Source: Ostrea edulis (taxonomy: Eukaryota). From it: a stretch of 64,000 bases of DNA. The translations under genes were made by a program, and so were the position numbers. Every line of letters begins with the position of its first letter. Positions within the stretch are counted from its first letter, which is position 1. Location: positions 59,272,001 to 59,336,000 of the forward strand of contig NC_079166.1 in the NCBI RefSeq assembly GCF_947568905.1. The letters run 5' to 3'. Shown one piece after another: positions 52,724 through 64,000 of the stretch. Under the pieces are notes generated by a model, which was not told the DNA's origin, ran no database searches, and was given only the letters and a program-made list of their open reading frames with translations.

Positions 52724-53749
52724 CTACAAAGTAAGCATCGATGATTACAATGATATGACTCTTTCATTAAACGTATACCAACTAGGTTATATTTGATCAT
52801 CTATATGTGCATGCAGTGAAAGGCTGCAAGAAAATGAAGCACATCGCAAGTAAATATTCATTTATGCATTTGATCTACTTTTCTAAATGAATAATTTTGA
52901 TTAGATTAAAGAATAGAAATTATTATAGTTCTTAACCATGGAAAGAAAAAACGGATATTGCCGAAATAATCAAAGAAAGCCAACTGGAATCATTTTAAGA
53001 AAGTAAAACTGAAAATCATCCATTTGAATTCTTTATATTTTATCAGTGTCTCATTATATTGAGTTAAGATATGTCGCTATTGCGAATGAAAACATCTTTA
53101 TAACTCGAGTTAGTATCTCATTACAATGTTTTGTTATATGTATCACGCTATACGGAGTTAATTATTTCCCTTTAATTTCGTGATTTAGCATCTCATTCTA
53201 ATATGCTGCATTTCTTCTGATAACGAATTACTACATACCCCCTTAAACTACTTCATTATCTCATTATAGCAAGTATGTTTAGTTCTATTTCGTTAGTATT
53301 TATGCCTCTTTAACACGAACATTTGTTTTACACTAAACTTAAGTTAATGTGTTCACACGAATATTTTAAACTTGCGTCACTATTAAATGCAAATAAAATT
53401 TATACCTTCCATTAGCGTCGTGTGAACACAACGCGAAGCTAATGCGAATTGAATGTAGACGCGTGCGAAATGGCAAATTTGGGCTAAATGTATCATACCT
53501 ATAGTCAGCTATAGATGTTAGTGTTGTTTTTAGCGAAGAGTTCAAAATTATAGCAATCACTAAAAACATGTACATACAGCATGTCATTAGATAATGTCCG
53601 ACGTAAATCTGTGTTTGATATTGGAATATTGGGTAATACATATAGGGGGATTTGCTTTTAAATACGATAAAATGTGTTGTTGTTTTTTATTGTGATGATA
53701 GGATTTTGTTTTAACAAGCGTATGTCGCTCATTGTTTAAATTTCATACC

Positions 53750-53990
53750 ATGAAAGGTGATGATAATGAACGGTGATCAATCTCATAACTCCTATAAGCA
53801 ATACAAAATAGAGAATTGGGCAAACACGGCCCCTGTACACACAAGAGATGGGATCAGGTGTCTAGGATTACTTTAGCATTCCTTGTCGACCGGCCACACC
53901 CGCCGTGTGCCCTATACTTGATCAAGTAAATGGAGTTACCCGTAGTAAAAGTCAGTGTGTCAAGAAGGTCTAACAATCGGTATAAAACAA
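53750..53990 (-). mobile_element. Penelope-like 3' fragment
   Basis: Family 3' end. Confidence 0.9.
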
Positions 53991-54490
53991 TATGACGTCA
54001 TTATAGACTGGTTGTACGTATTTGTAATTAAAAGGCACCATATTAGTCAGCGACACGGTGAAAAATACACTCCAAGGTGTTAATCGGGCTCGAGATGAAG
54101 CACTGTGTTGTCTTAATTGAATGATGGTTGTCAGAGGAAATGACAATTTATTTCTTGGAACATATAAAACACGATAAAACTCGTGTGTGTAGTTCAGTTA
54201 CATGTACATTGTAAATATGTACAGCCAATGGACATGAGTATTCGTCGCTGACGTCAAAATGGCGGCGGTTTCTTTACATTAATTACTCAATAAAAACTTC
54301 TCACCTGAATTTTGCATTGTTTGTCTTACATTAATATTTAGTGAGATGACCTTTCATTCTAATAAGTTCTTATAGCCGTGTTGGAATTGTATCATACTAT
54401 GTTTTACGGTGAGGAACGAAGACCCATAACATTTAGGAACACGACTTCAGGGATTTTTTTTTTTAAAAATCTGTCTATTCAGATAAAGCT

Positions 54491-55245
54491 GGAAATATAA
54501 CGCGGTCGATATAACAGTACATTGTGACGTCATTATTAGTTGCGATTGTTTTTTTTTTCAAACCACACGATATTATCCGCAAGAAAACGTATGAAGGTAT
54601 CAGAAAGTTTGTCTGGAATTTAAAAACATTGGTGGTACTTTCCAAACTATCTTTTTATATACGGGGTTGGCAATAATGTATACCGCAGTGACGATGACAT
54701 TTTTCCGGATGCATTATGGGTAATCCCCACCATTTTTTAGCTGATGAAGAGAAAATCACGCGACTCAATTGTGCATTTATAAGAGCAAGCTCCTCGCGTC
54801 GCGAGCTTCACTCGCTAATATGTTGTACGGTGTGCCCATTGAGACAAGCTAAGCTCATTAACATTTTGCAACACGACATATAGACATTTTATCCGCCTTT
54901 TCATTGAACGTGGAAATATAACGCGGTGGGTGTAAACAGTTACATTGTGACATTATACTAGCTGCAATTGTTTTTTTTTTTCTCCTTTCAAACCAAGCAC
55001 TAGCAAAAACAAAAAGTTTGAAGCTATGAAAAAAGGTTGTCTGGAATTTAAAAATGTTGATGGTACTTTCTAAACAATCTAACTATTTTAATTACGGGAT
55101 TGTCAATGAAGTATACCGCATTGACGGCGACATTTTTCCAGAAGCATTACGGGTAATACTCATCTTTTTCAGCTGATGAAGAGCAAATCACGTGACTCAT
55201 ATGTGTAATTGTTGGAGCGTGCTCGTCGCGTCGCTCCGCTTGCTA
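54491..55245 (+). repeat. Direct tandem dimer of a ~420-bp element
   Basis: Units start GGAAATATAACGCGG at ~54491 and ~54912 and end with GC-rich CGCGTCGC..CGCT/TGCT motifs. Confidence 0.75.
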
Positions 55246-55289
55246 TAACTGACGGGTATGATTTCCTGGTAAGTTTTAGCAAAATACTG

Positions 55290-56400
55290 TAACTTCTTTG
55301 TTCAGCTGATCATGTGAATTGATGGAGTTTTTTGATGGAGTGCAGGTGTCTTTTAAGTCGCAACCATATATTTTCATTGATATTGATATCGGGTGGCTGA
55401 GCTGGCTAGGATGTAGTATTTATATAATTTTCTTTCATATAGGTACTAAACAATCCTTATCTATGGACGGGGGCATTGTCATCTTGAAAAACATAATGTC
55501 TAACAATATTTCAATATATATTTTAGAGTTAATATTACTGTTAACACTGATCAATGTCCGAACACCTTCGTAGTAAATAAATCCCCATATCATAACAGAC
55601 ATTTTGGTCTTCGTTGGCGCACACACAATATGGAGTTGTCAATATCGTCAGATTTTCGTCAAATGTACCCGCGTTGATAGCTACCAATTTCTACCTGACA
55701 CTCATCACTAAATATCAAGTTTTTCCACGGATTATCAACTGTTCGGTTTTTCTTTCTGTACACTAAGAAGCTCGCTTTTTTTTCTGTCACACACTCTGAC
55801 GGCCATCTTCTTTTTATGTACCTGTCTATTGTAACCCATTTCAAATAATTTTCTTCCAACAGTCTTGGAATAAAATGTAGCTTCTTTTTCGTCGTTAATT
55901 TCATTGTTAATATCATCTGTTATTTTTCAATAATTCCAATGTTATTTATTACAATTTTTTTATTGGACAAAGATAAATCTAATCGAGTATTTTCATTACG
56001 TATCAATAAATCCAAAAACGCTATGAATATATGCACGCCTGAAAACAAATATAACATAGTGCGGGGAAATTATTCTAATTATCGAAATTGATAATACAAG
56101 GAACGAATTGGAATTATAAGAATCAAACATTTTTTTTGAAGAATTTATCGATGTGTAAACTCTGGACAATTTACTCACAAACTTAACATAAAAGTACTTT
56201 ACACTTTCATTCATTTTTTGAGTAAAATGTCCAGAGTTTACACATCAATAAATTCTTCAAAAAGAATATTCAATCCTCTATTATCCTCGAAAGTAGCACT
56301 TCATCGCGCACAGTGACCTTCAGCTTCCGTCCAGATCGATGTTTTTTAAACACTTCCACGAGATTCAAATTATTCAATAAGACTGAAAATAATTGTCCTA
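55290..56400 (-). pseudogene. Tc1-family transposase relic
   Basis: RSGRKLKVTVRD, WKNLIFSDECQV, SVMIWG, FQDDNAPVH, WPAQPPDIN.NENIW across frameshifts. Confidence 0.88.
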
Positions 56401-57234
56401 CGCATACTCAATAACCCCTCAAGTTTTGTTTGATTATTCTGTGTTTGGTAAGCTTCTATTACTTTACTTACGGCGACTGGGATTCCATCTCACTTGCAAA
56501 CTTTATTCACGAAATTCTAATGATAGCACACGGTAATTGTAAAACTGACGTCATTGTTGTGATGTATTTTTATGCGAAATTCCCCAGCCTAACGAGTTTG
56601 CTATAAACTGCACGATACAAAAATAGTGACAAATTTTCAACAATTAAACACTTTGAGGTCAGCGACGAATACGTATGACCAGTGGCTGCACAGATATCAT
56701 ACACTGTATAGGCTTATGGTGCTTTGAACAATGAATTATGCTTATCTACAACACATTTCATTGAAATATCTACAGTGTCTGAAAATAAATTTCAATGATA
56801 TAATATTCTCTTTTTTTTTATTTCGCGCACCCGTTGGAAGGTTCGCATCTGAGATTAGGAGTTATGTCAATTTTTTGGGGAAGTTTATTTTTGATTTCGA
56901 CATCGAAGGGGAATTATGAAATTAGAAAGAAAAACGGGCGTCACAGCGCTTGTTCACAGTGCTACAGAGTTCTAAACATGACATTTTTATAATTAAATTT
57001 GACTCAAGTTTTATTTAATTATTCTTGATTTGTCTATTGGTGTCAAAACAACATACGCAACACAAATCAATCATTACGTAACAATAGATATATAATCATG
57101 TCTTCTAACAATAAAGATAAAAAGTTTATTACCAGTAATGACCTTTTACACTCGATATACGACAAAATATGATATCAAATTTGAGAGTTTAAAAGGACAT
57201 ATTAAAAGGATGTTTCATTCCTAGACGAACTTAC

Positions 57235-57331
57235 CTGTAGCAATACAAAATGTGTTGTTGGACGACGTAGATATACAAGTTGAGTAATTATTACACACTT
57301 TATCTCCACAAGTCCGGTTGTTGATGTTATT
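57235..57331 (-). CDS. Gene A exon 2: short 4-Cys module
   Basis: ttcag|AAT..ACAG|gtaagt, 97 bp; NNINNRTCGDKVCNNYSTCISTSSNNTFCIAT. Confidence 0.88.
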
Positions 57332-57939
57332 CTGAAATGAATTGATATTCTCCAAAATAACGTAGTTCTTAAACTTAAGCCCGATCGGAATTATAAAAGG
57401 AATGATCATAAAGGTAATTAGAAAACTGCATTCCCCTGAGGTAAAATACTTTACAAATCAATGAATCTATCAAGGAAGAAAAGATAGAATTACCAGCAAT
57501 GAAATGTGAAACTTGAAACTTTTTCTTTCCGTTTTTTGGCTTCGGATAATGCATGGAAGCGCTAACATATAAAACAAACAGTAAGACCCAGGTAATAAGG
57601 AACAAACAAGGAACATATGTACGGTAGAATTATCATGTTGTTAGTTGTTAGTGGAAGGAATATCATTTTTTAAATATGGACGTTACAATTTTTGGCCAAA
57701 CCAATATGAATAAATATGTCATCGCTATTAGATAAATTTGCAAACCTAATATCATTTCTACATGTAACTTTGTAAATAGTTGGTGGTAGAATAATTTTCC
57801 TCTCATTATTGGAAACTTCACAATCAAATATATAGTATGTTTCATCTACAATTTCATTTGCATTACAAAGATCACGAGACCACAATAAGATCTTGCTATG
57901 CCAAGCAATCTGCCACATTCATTTTGCATTTCCCAAATT

Positions 57940-58246
57940 ATATGGTCGTTATAACGATCTAGTTCGTCAATACAACCTTGCATTGGGTAAAATGCTGTCT
58001 GACGTGTTTCATACCGATTGTCAAGCCGTTCTTGGCACACTGATTTTGACTGTGGATGACTCTGTTTACCTGATCAGGATATAGGGCTCACGGCTGGTGT
58101 GACCGGTCGACAGGGGATGCTTACTCTCCCTAGGCACCAAACCCCACCTCTGGTGTGTCCAAAGGTCCGTGTTTGCCCAACTGTATATTTTGTATTGCTT
58201 ATAGGAATTATGGGATTGATCACTGTTCGTTATCTTCACCTTGCAT
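57940..58246 (+). mobile_element. Penelope-like fragment (RT end + 3' UTR)
   Basis: Family match. Confidence 0.9.
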
Positions 58247-58289
58247 TCATCTGGTAATTTGTGACTGACGCATTTGAAATTACTTTAAA

Positions 58290-58796
58290 AACAAAAGATC
58301 AATTTCAGAACTCCTAAAAGGAATACAAAATAGAGATTTGGGCAAATACGGATTCCAGTTGGTTAGAGATGGGATAAGGTGCCTAGGAGGAGTAAACTTC
58401 CACCGTCGACCAATCACACCTCCCGCGACAGACATCCATGTAGATGCTTTATGAGTTAATTAGTCAATACAATGATTTAAAATACAATTTTTCTAAAATA
58501 TCCTTCATGTGTAGTGAACAGTATTGGTGGAAAACATTATCTTTGTTAATATTGAAGATATCATATAACATCCGACGTATCCTTTTTTCCAGATACATAT
58601 TGCTTGCCAGAATCATATCATTCTGGCATTTATGAATACCTGTAAGGGAACTCTGCCAAATCCACAACATGAAAGGTGAATATAATGAACAGTGATCAAT
58701 CTCATAACTCTTATAAGCAATATTGGACACACCAGAGTTGGGATCGGGTGCCTAGGAGGAGTAAGCATCCCCTGTCGACCGGTCACATTCGCCGTT
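58290..58796 (-). mobile_element. Two short Penelope-like 3' fragments (58290-58430, 58668-58796)
   Basis: Family match, opposite orientation to their neighbours. Confidence 0.8.
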
Positions 58797-59149
58797 CAAT
58801 ACTATTATGAGTAGACTTTTTAACTTTGTTTCTTTACACATGTATATTGAGAGAACTCCAAATGTAATTACTCAATTACATTACTATTTGATATCTCCTT
58901 ACGTCCAAACCATAAGGCAAATTTGGAACAACCGTTGCATCATATATGTTCCATATCTTTTTTTACATTTAAAAAACAAAATAGAACATTTACGTGAGTT
59001 CTCCACAGAGGCGTCATACTATGTTTTTATTATGTAACAAATCAAAGCGAAATTTGCATTTCAAATTTTCATATTTGCAAACACAAAACCCTACCCTTTT
59101 TACCATTCCAAAACAAAAATTCACAAAATCATATATCACAATTATCATC

Positions 59150-59583
59150 TTCGATATGCAAGAGCACGTTCTGCGTATAGTCAGTTTTTGGGTCGAGATG
59201 GGCTGCTGACAGACGGGTTGATGGTACGGGGGTTTCAGCAGTCTCGATTAAAGTTGACATTTCGCAAATGCTGTGGTTCTTGTAACGATCTGGTTCGTCA
59301 GTGCGGTCTATCATTGGGTCAAGTGCTGTCTGCCGTGTTTCATGCATGTACCGATTGTTGAACCGTTCTTGACGTACTGGTTTTGACTGCGGATAAATCC
59401 GTTTATCTGATCGGGTTGTGGGGCTCACATCGGGTGTGGCCGGTCGACGGGTGATGTTTGCTCCTCCTAGGCGCCTGGTCCCGTCTCTGGTGTATCCGGG
59501 GGTCTGTGTTTGTCCGGCTATCTATTTTGTATTGCTTGTGGGAGTTATGAGATTGATCACTGTTCGTTATCTTCACCTTTCAT
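59150..59583 (+). mobile_element. Penelope-like fragment with A-to-G hypermutation
   Basis: Colinear with the sister copies but carries ~37 A>G changes. Confidence 0.9.
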
Positions 59584-60104
59584 AAATAAATTGACAGCGT
59601 GTATCACTTTTGATTGTAAAATTATGCTTTATACGATATACTTAAGCCATCCATTAAATAAAATGTTAGTGTAATGAGCTACAGTATAGATTCATAGTTT
59701 ATGTAATCATTTGTATTTTTTAACAGAATTGACAGAATAGTGTATATCAGCATATCGCTTTAAATACAACTAAATTAAAATTATCTATGCATAAAACCTG
59801 CTTTCTATCTGTTGATCTACATTTATCTATTCCTTATTATTTACAATAAACTCTCAGGTTTTCAGTCGCTAGACACCCGGATTCGTCAGTGTGCGATTGG
59901 TTTGTTTTTTTGTCAAGAACGCACTTTTTATTGTTATTCTGCTTCGTTTATCCGGGATTCCGTGGTTCGTTCCGGATTGTTTTTTGAAATTCATTTTCCC
60001 ATTTTCATTATAGCTTTCTTTTTCATCCGGAGAGTAATCTTTCAACTTTAGTAAGTTTTCTAGACCTGAATATTAATTGCTGTAAAAATATCTTTAAGTA
60101 TACA

Positions 60105-60478
60105 CTTAAGTAAGCTACTGACAAACTGTTGATGGTACAGGGGTTTCAACAGTCTCGATTGAAGTCAGCATTTCGCAAATTCTATGGTCGTTATAACGAT
60201 CTAGTTCGGCAATACAACCTATCATTGGGTCTAATGTTGTCTGATGTGTTTCATACCGATTGTTAAACGGTTCTTAACACACTGATTTTGACTGCGGATA
60301 ACCTGAACAGGATATAGGGCTCACTGCGGGTGTGATCGGTCGACAGGAGATGCTTACTCCTCCTATACACCTGATACTACCTCTGGTGTGCCCAGGAGTC
60401 CGTGTTTGCCCAATTATCTATTTTGTATTGCTTGAAGAAGTTATGCGGTTGATCACTGTTCGTTATCTTCACCTTTCA
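60105..60478 (+). mobile_element. Penelope-like fragment (RT end + 3' UTR)
   Basis: Family match. Confidence 0.9.
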
Positions 60479-61029
60479 CTAGACACTCAAGCTGTGCCCG
60501 CGGAATCGTGAAGATCGCAGATCGTGTAGGTAGGCGGTAGGAATTGATGGTCTTCAGACCTAAAAATGTTTCATCCTTCGCTACGTGAGTTCAATTCATT
60601 ACTTTGAAGCTTATATTTTTTTCCTGTTCACTACGTACAATTAGAAATAGTTGGGAAAGGGGGCAGTCACCTGATATATCCATATTTGCATTCGAAAAAA
60701 ACCCAGTTAGGATCATTGTAATAAAAAGTGGGGACAGTCGCCCCCAAACCACCCGATCATATATGCCTGTTACATACTGATGCTAACTATTTACGTATGT
60801 CGTTTTAATTATATAATTTTGTCTGATTAATTGCATTATTGTGTGTGAACGCATGCACAATCCTGTCTCATTACTTTCATTATTATGCTTGATGTAAATA
60901 ATATCTAATGACTATGTAGATAAATACAAGTACAGCCACCTGTATATGTTGACTACTTATAACATGCTATCTGACTTGTCACTACGTTTCGCTATGTGCG
61001 ACTACTTACACTGTACATATACACCGACA

Positions 61030-61512
61030 ATTCCTCACTAATGGCATCATTCTACAAGGTTAGTGACTACGGGTGATATATCTGACAAGTGACAGTGTTT
61101 ATGTTCCTGTCTGACTACTAACATGATGTCTGACTAGCCACCACTTACTTCGGACTATCTGACTATCACCATCATGCTGTCTGACTAGCCACCACTTACC
61201 TCAGGCTATCTAACTATATTTTCAGGCCATCTGACTACTTACTTCGGGCTATCTGAGTACTAACATCATGCTGTCTGACTACCCACCACTTACCTCAGGC
61301 TATCTGACACCTTATTGCAGGCTATCTGACTACTTATTTCAGGCTATCTGACTACTAACATCATGCTGTCTGAATACCCACCACTTATCTCAGGCTATCT
61401 GACTACTAACACCATGTTGTCTGACTACCAACCATTTACTTCAGGCTATCTGACTATCAACAGCATGCTGTCTGACTAATCAACACTTACTTCAGGCTGT
61501 CTGACTACTTAC
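61030..61512. repeat. Tandem repeat (~51-bp unit built from ~21-22-bp subunits) at the start of gene A intron 1
   Basis: Unit TCTGACTACTAACATCATGCTGTCTGACTAGCCACCACTTACCTCAGGCTA. Confidence 0.85.
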
Positions 61513-61824
61513 TTCATTGTATATTTCCCCATATACGTAGTTGGCATTTTGTTCAAATCGAGTTGAATCGTTTGTTTTCGTATCAAGAAATTCGCATCCA
61601 TAAAATATCAAATTATAATTAATGGACTTACAGGCTGTTTGTTTTTCACATTCTCTTAAACACGATTGCAAACCTATATCTTGCAAAACTTTCCAGGGAC
61701 GAACAGGTAATTTCCGTCCAAAACTGCGAGTCCCAGAAGATGTCAAACAGTTTTCCTGAAAATCCGCGTGTGTTAATATTGTCATGGTGACAAGGGACTT
61801 GAAATAACTTAACACTCGAGACAT
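61513..61824 (-). CDS. Gene A exon 1: signal peptide + PAN/apple domain
   Basis: MSRVLSYFKSLVTMTILTHADFQENC..SCLRECEKQTACKSINYNLIFYGCEF..YGEIYNE|gtaagt. The start Met was chosen by alignment with gene B (both have 25 aa before the first Cys). The five exons total 897 nt = 298 aa + stop. Confidence 0.88.
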
Positions 61825-62774
61825 ATCCAAGTTGTAGTGAAATTCTGTTTCAAAGTTTATGTCGACATCAATTTTTTTTGCTGTTGATATCACAGATCGA
61901 CTTGTTCCTCCACAGGGTGAGTAGCGAATAGTGAAACCTAATTACTCAACTCTTGATGGGGTCTGAAATATGACGACCTATTATCGATCCCTTTTCTTTT
62001 GTTAATACCGACACTTTGAGGTTCAATTAAAACGGTGCTCAAATGACCTGTCTTCTTGAAAGTAATGATTTATAAAACGCATTGTTGGATGCATTATTTA
62101 ATTGTGTTTATACGAAATTAGTTGAAAGCAGTTCTCCGCTGTTCTGTATTTGTAGTGAATCCACTGCTATATTGATAAAAGAATCGAATGAAATTTAATC
62201 TCTTAAAGTATTGAAATGTAATCAAAATTCCAAACATGTGCTTCAATTCACACAATGTTATTGCTCGCAAAAATTCGGTAACGTACACGTAGAATAATGT
62301 AATCTTGAGAAGAAAACATGTTCCATTTTAACTTGATCAATTCCATTTGATCAAAACTCCTATCAGGTTGTTAAGAAAATACTAAATAAATCACTAGCTT
62401 TTCTATTTCAATGCTTGTTAAGAAAGTCTCAGAATTATACTGAATTTAAATAATTCTTTGTTGTTGTAAAACTTGACATGTTCCACTGGCTTCTCGTACC
62501 AACTGTGTGTTAAGAAAATTTCAGAATCAAAAATGTGATCGTATCATCTGATGTTGATTCTTAGTCTTTTTCCCCCCGATGTCATTGAAAGTTATGAAAG
62601 GACTTTTAATAATATGTAACTACTTTAATAAATTCAACTCCATTTAAGATAATAAATTAATCAGTCAGATAAACATTAAATCAATTACGATTTCGTCATA
62701 GCCTAGTAAAAAATCCAAGCTTCATGTAAACTTTAACCTCAAACTTCTAACCTTAATTAATTCAGTAGTCCTCT

Positions 62775-63140
62775 ACCCCCGTTGGTCAGTTTAATGATAT
62801 GAGAAGATACATTTGTCAGATCAATGGCATGAGAAAATACATTTGTCATATTAATGGTTTGAGAAAAGATATCTATGAGTTTAATTGCATAAGAGAAATT
62901 TGTCAGATTAATGGTTTGAGAAAAGACATTTGTCAGTTTAATGACACGAAAAGAGATATTTTTCAGTTTAATGACATGAGAATGGACATTGTTCAGATTA
63001 ATGGCATGATAAAAGACATTTTTCAGTTTAATGGTACGAGAAGAGACATATGTCAGATTAATGGCATGGGAAGGGGTATTTTTCAGTTTTATGGTTTGAG
63101 AGGATACATTGGTCAGTTTAATGGTTTGAAAGAATTCATG
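62775..63140. repeat. 30-bp minisatellite (~12 copies), open on both strands
   Basis: Unit TTTGTCAGATTAATGGCATGAGAAAAGACA. Confidence 0.85.
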
Positions 63141-63257
63141 TTCAGTGTTCATTATCTTCACCTTTCATTGGATTTAATAGACTATACAACAATACAGCAA
63201 TATCATTGCAAATGATAAAAACGATTCTCACTATGATAAACAGTGATGATATATAAT

Positions 63258-63622
63258 TATTATTGTTAATAAATGATGCGACGTCGACTTATCTAAATGT
63301 CAAATTGAAGGTCACAGCAAAATATTTTTTCTTCTCATGTAGACGTTTTTGAATACATTCTTCTTCATAGGAATATAAAACAGGTCAGCTAACAAAGGGG
63401 CCCAATTCGTGCCCATAGGGATTCCAACAGACTGTCGGAAGACCTGGTCAAGTTTACTAAAAGTTACTTACAATTTTTTTAGAATCTACATTTGATTTAC
63501 ACCACTTCTGGCATATGTAGTCGCATAGTACGTTTAAAGTTTCTCCTTCACAGGTGTTATTATTTTCGCGAGGAGTAAAGGTATGACTTGGTAGAATATT
63601 TACTGAATCCAGCTATGTACAA
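63258..63622 (-). mobile_element. Degenerate internal Penelope-like RT fragments
   Basis: GIPMGTNWAPLLADLF and YIAGFSKYSTK..VKEKL*TYYATTYARSG remnants. Confidence 0.85.
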
Positions 63623-63654
63623 GGTCTGAAAAATGTCAAGTAAAAGCTCTGAGA

Positions 63655-63900
63655 GGAGTTGGTTACTCAAAATAGGTACCATGCATAAAACACGACAAAG
63701 TTTAACTACATGCAAATATTTCGAAAAAAGTCTGATCACTTTCAAAAAGGCACATGTACATCTTCAATGTGTCCATAACGACTGCACAAAGTTTGAGGAC
63801 TGTCAAATTAGGTGTGAGATCAGTTGATTACACAAAGTAGGCACCTAATTTCAGGGACGCCCACCCGCCATTCACCATACTATAAGCCGGATACACGTTA
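63655..63900 (+). mobile_element. HINE-like fragment
   Basis: CATCTTCAATGTGTCC..CAAAGTTTGA..GTTGATTACACAAAGTAGG..GGACGCCCACCCGCC..TATAAGCCGGAT; family recognised from memory. Confidence 0.5.
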
Positions 63901-64000
63901 TATTAAGGTGATACTCTACATTATCATAATGGCGGACTTCCTTTCAAAACATGAATGAAAATAAAACTATCACCAATATTTGTCAATTCATTGAAAAAAT

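Noticed and set aside
57375-57605. Signal-peptide-like ORF MFLITWVLLFVLYVSA
   Set aside because: It starts at TTG, lies in gene A intron 1, and has no counterpart in gene B.
58895-58960. SRCR-like peptide WNIYDATVVPNLPYG on the minus strand
   Set aside because: It lacks the cysteines, the WGTVC motif and splice sites; probably chance.

Overview
AT-rich eukaryotic DNA with spliceosomal introns. The repeat families resemble those of oysters/bivalves; this is inferred from repeat recognition only. One assembly gap lies at 11432-11587. The only host genes I can reconstruct are two tandem minus-strand paralogues, each with five coding exons and the architecture signal peptide - PAN/apple - 4-Cys module - Sushi/CCP - SRCR. 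Gene A (61824->49316, 298 aa) is intact. Gene B (45435->31044) has a +2 frameshift in an (AT)n run in exon 1. The rest is mostly transposable-element debris: a decayed ISL2EU-type PIF/Harbinger transposon (DDE transposase convergent with a SAP-SWIM-YqaJ gene), a second THAP-DDE relic, a Tc1 relic, an L2 LINE end, tRNA-derived SINEs, Helentron-like HINEs, several MITEs with target-site duplications, and about 15 fragments of one Penelope-like RT element (probably Naiad clade). There are also a 46-bp satellite-like array in three blocks and a ~2.3-kb segmental duplication. The most unusual signal is one Penelope-like copy (59150-59583) with ~37 strand-specific A-to-G substitutions (~45% of its As) that avoid a 5' G. 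This is the pattern expected if an ADAR-hyper-edited RNA was reverse-transcribed into the genome. All alignments and counts were done by hand and are approximate.
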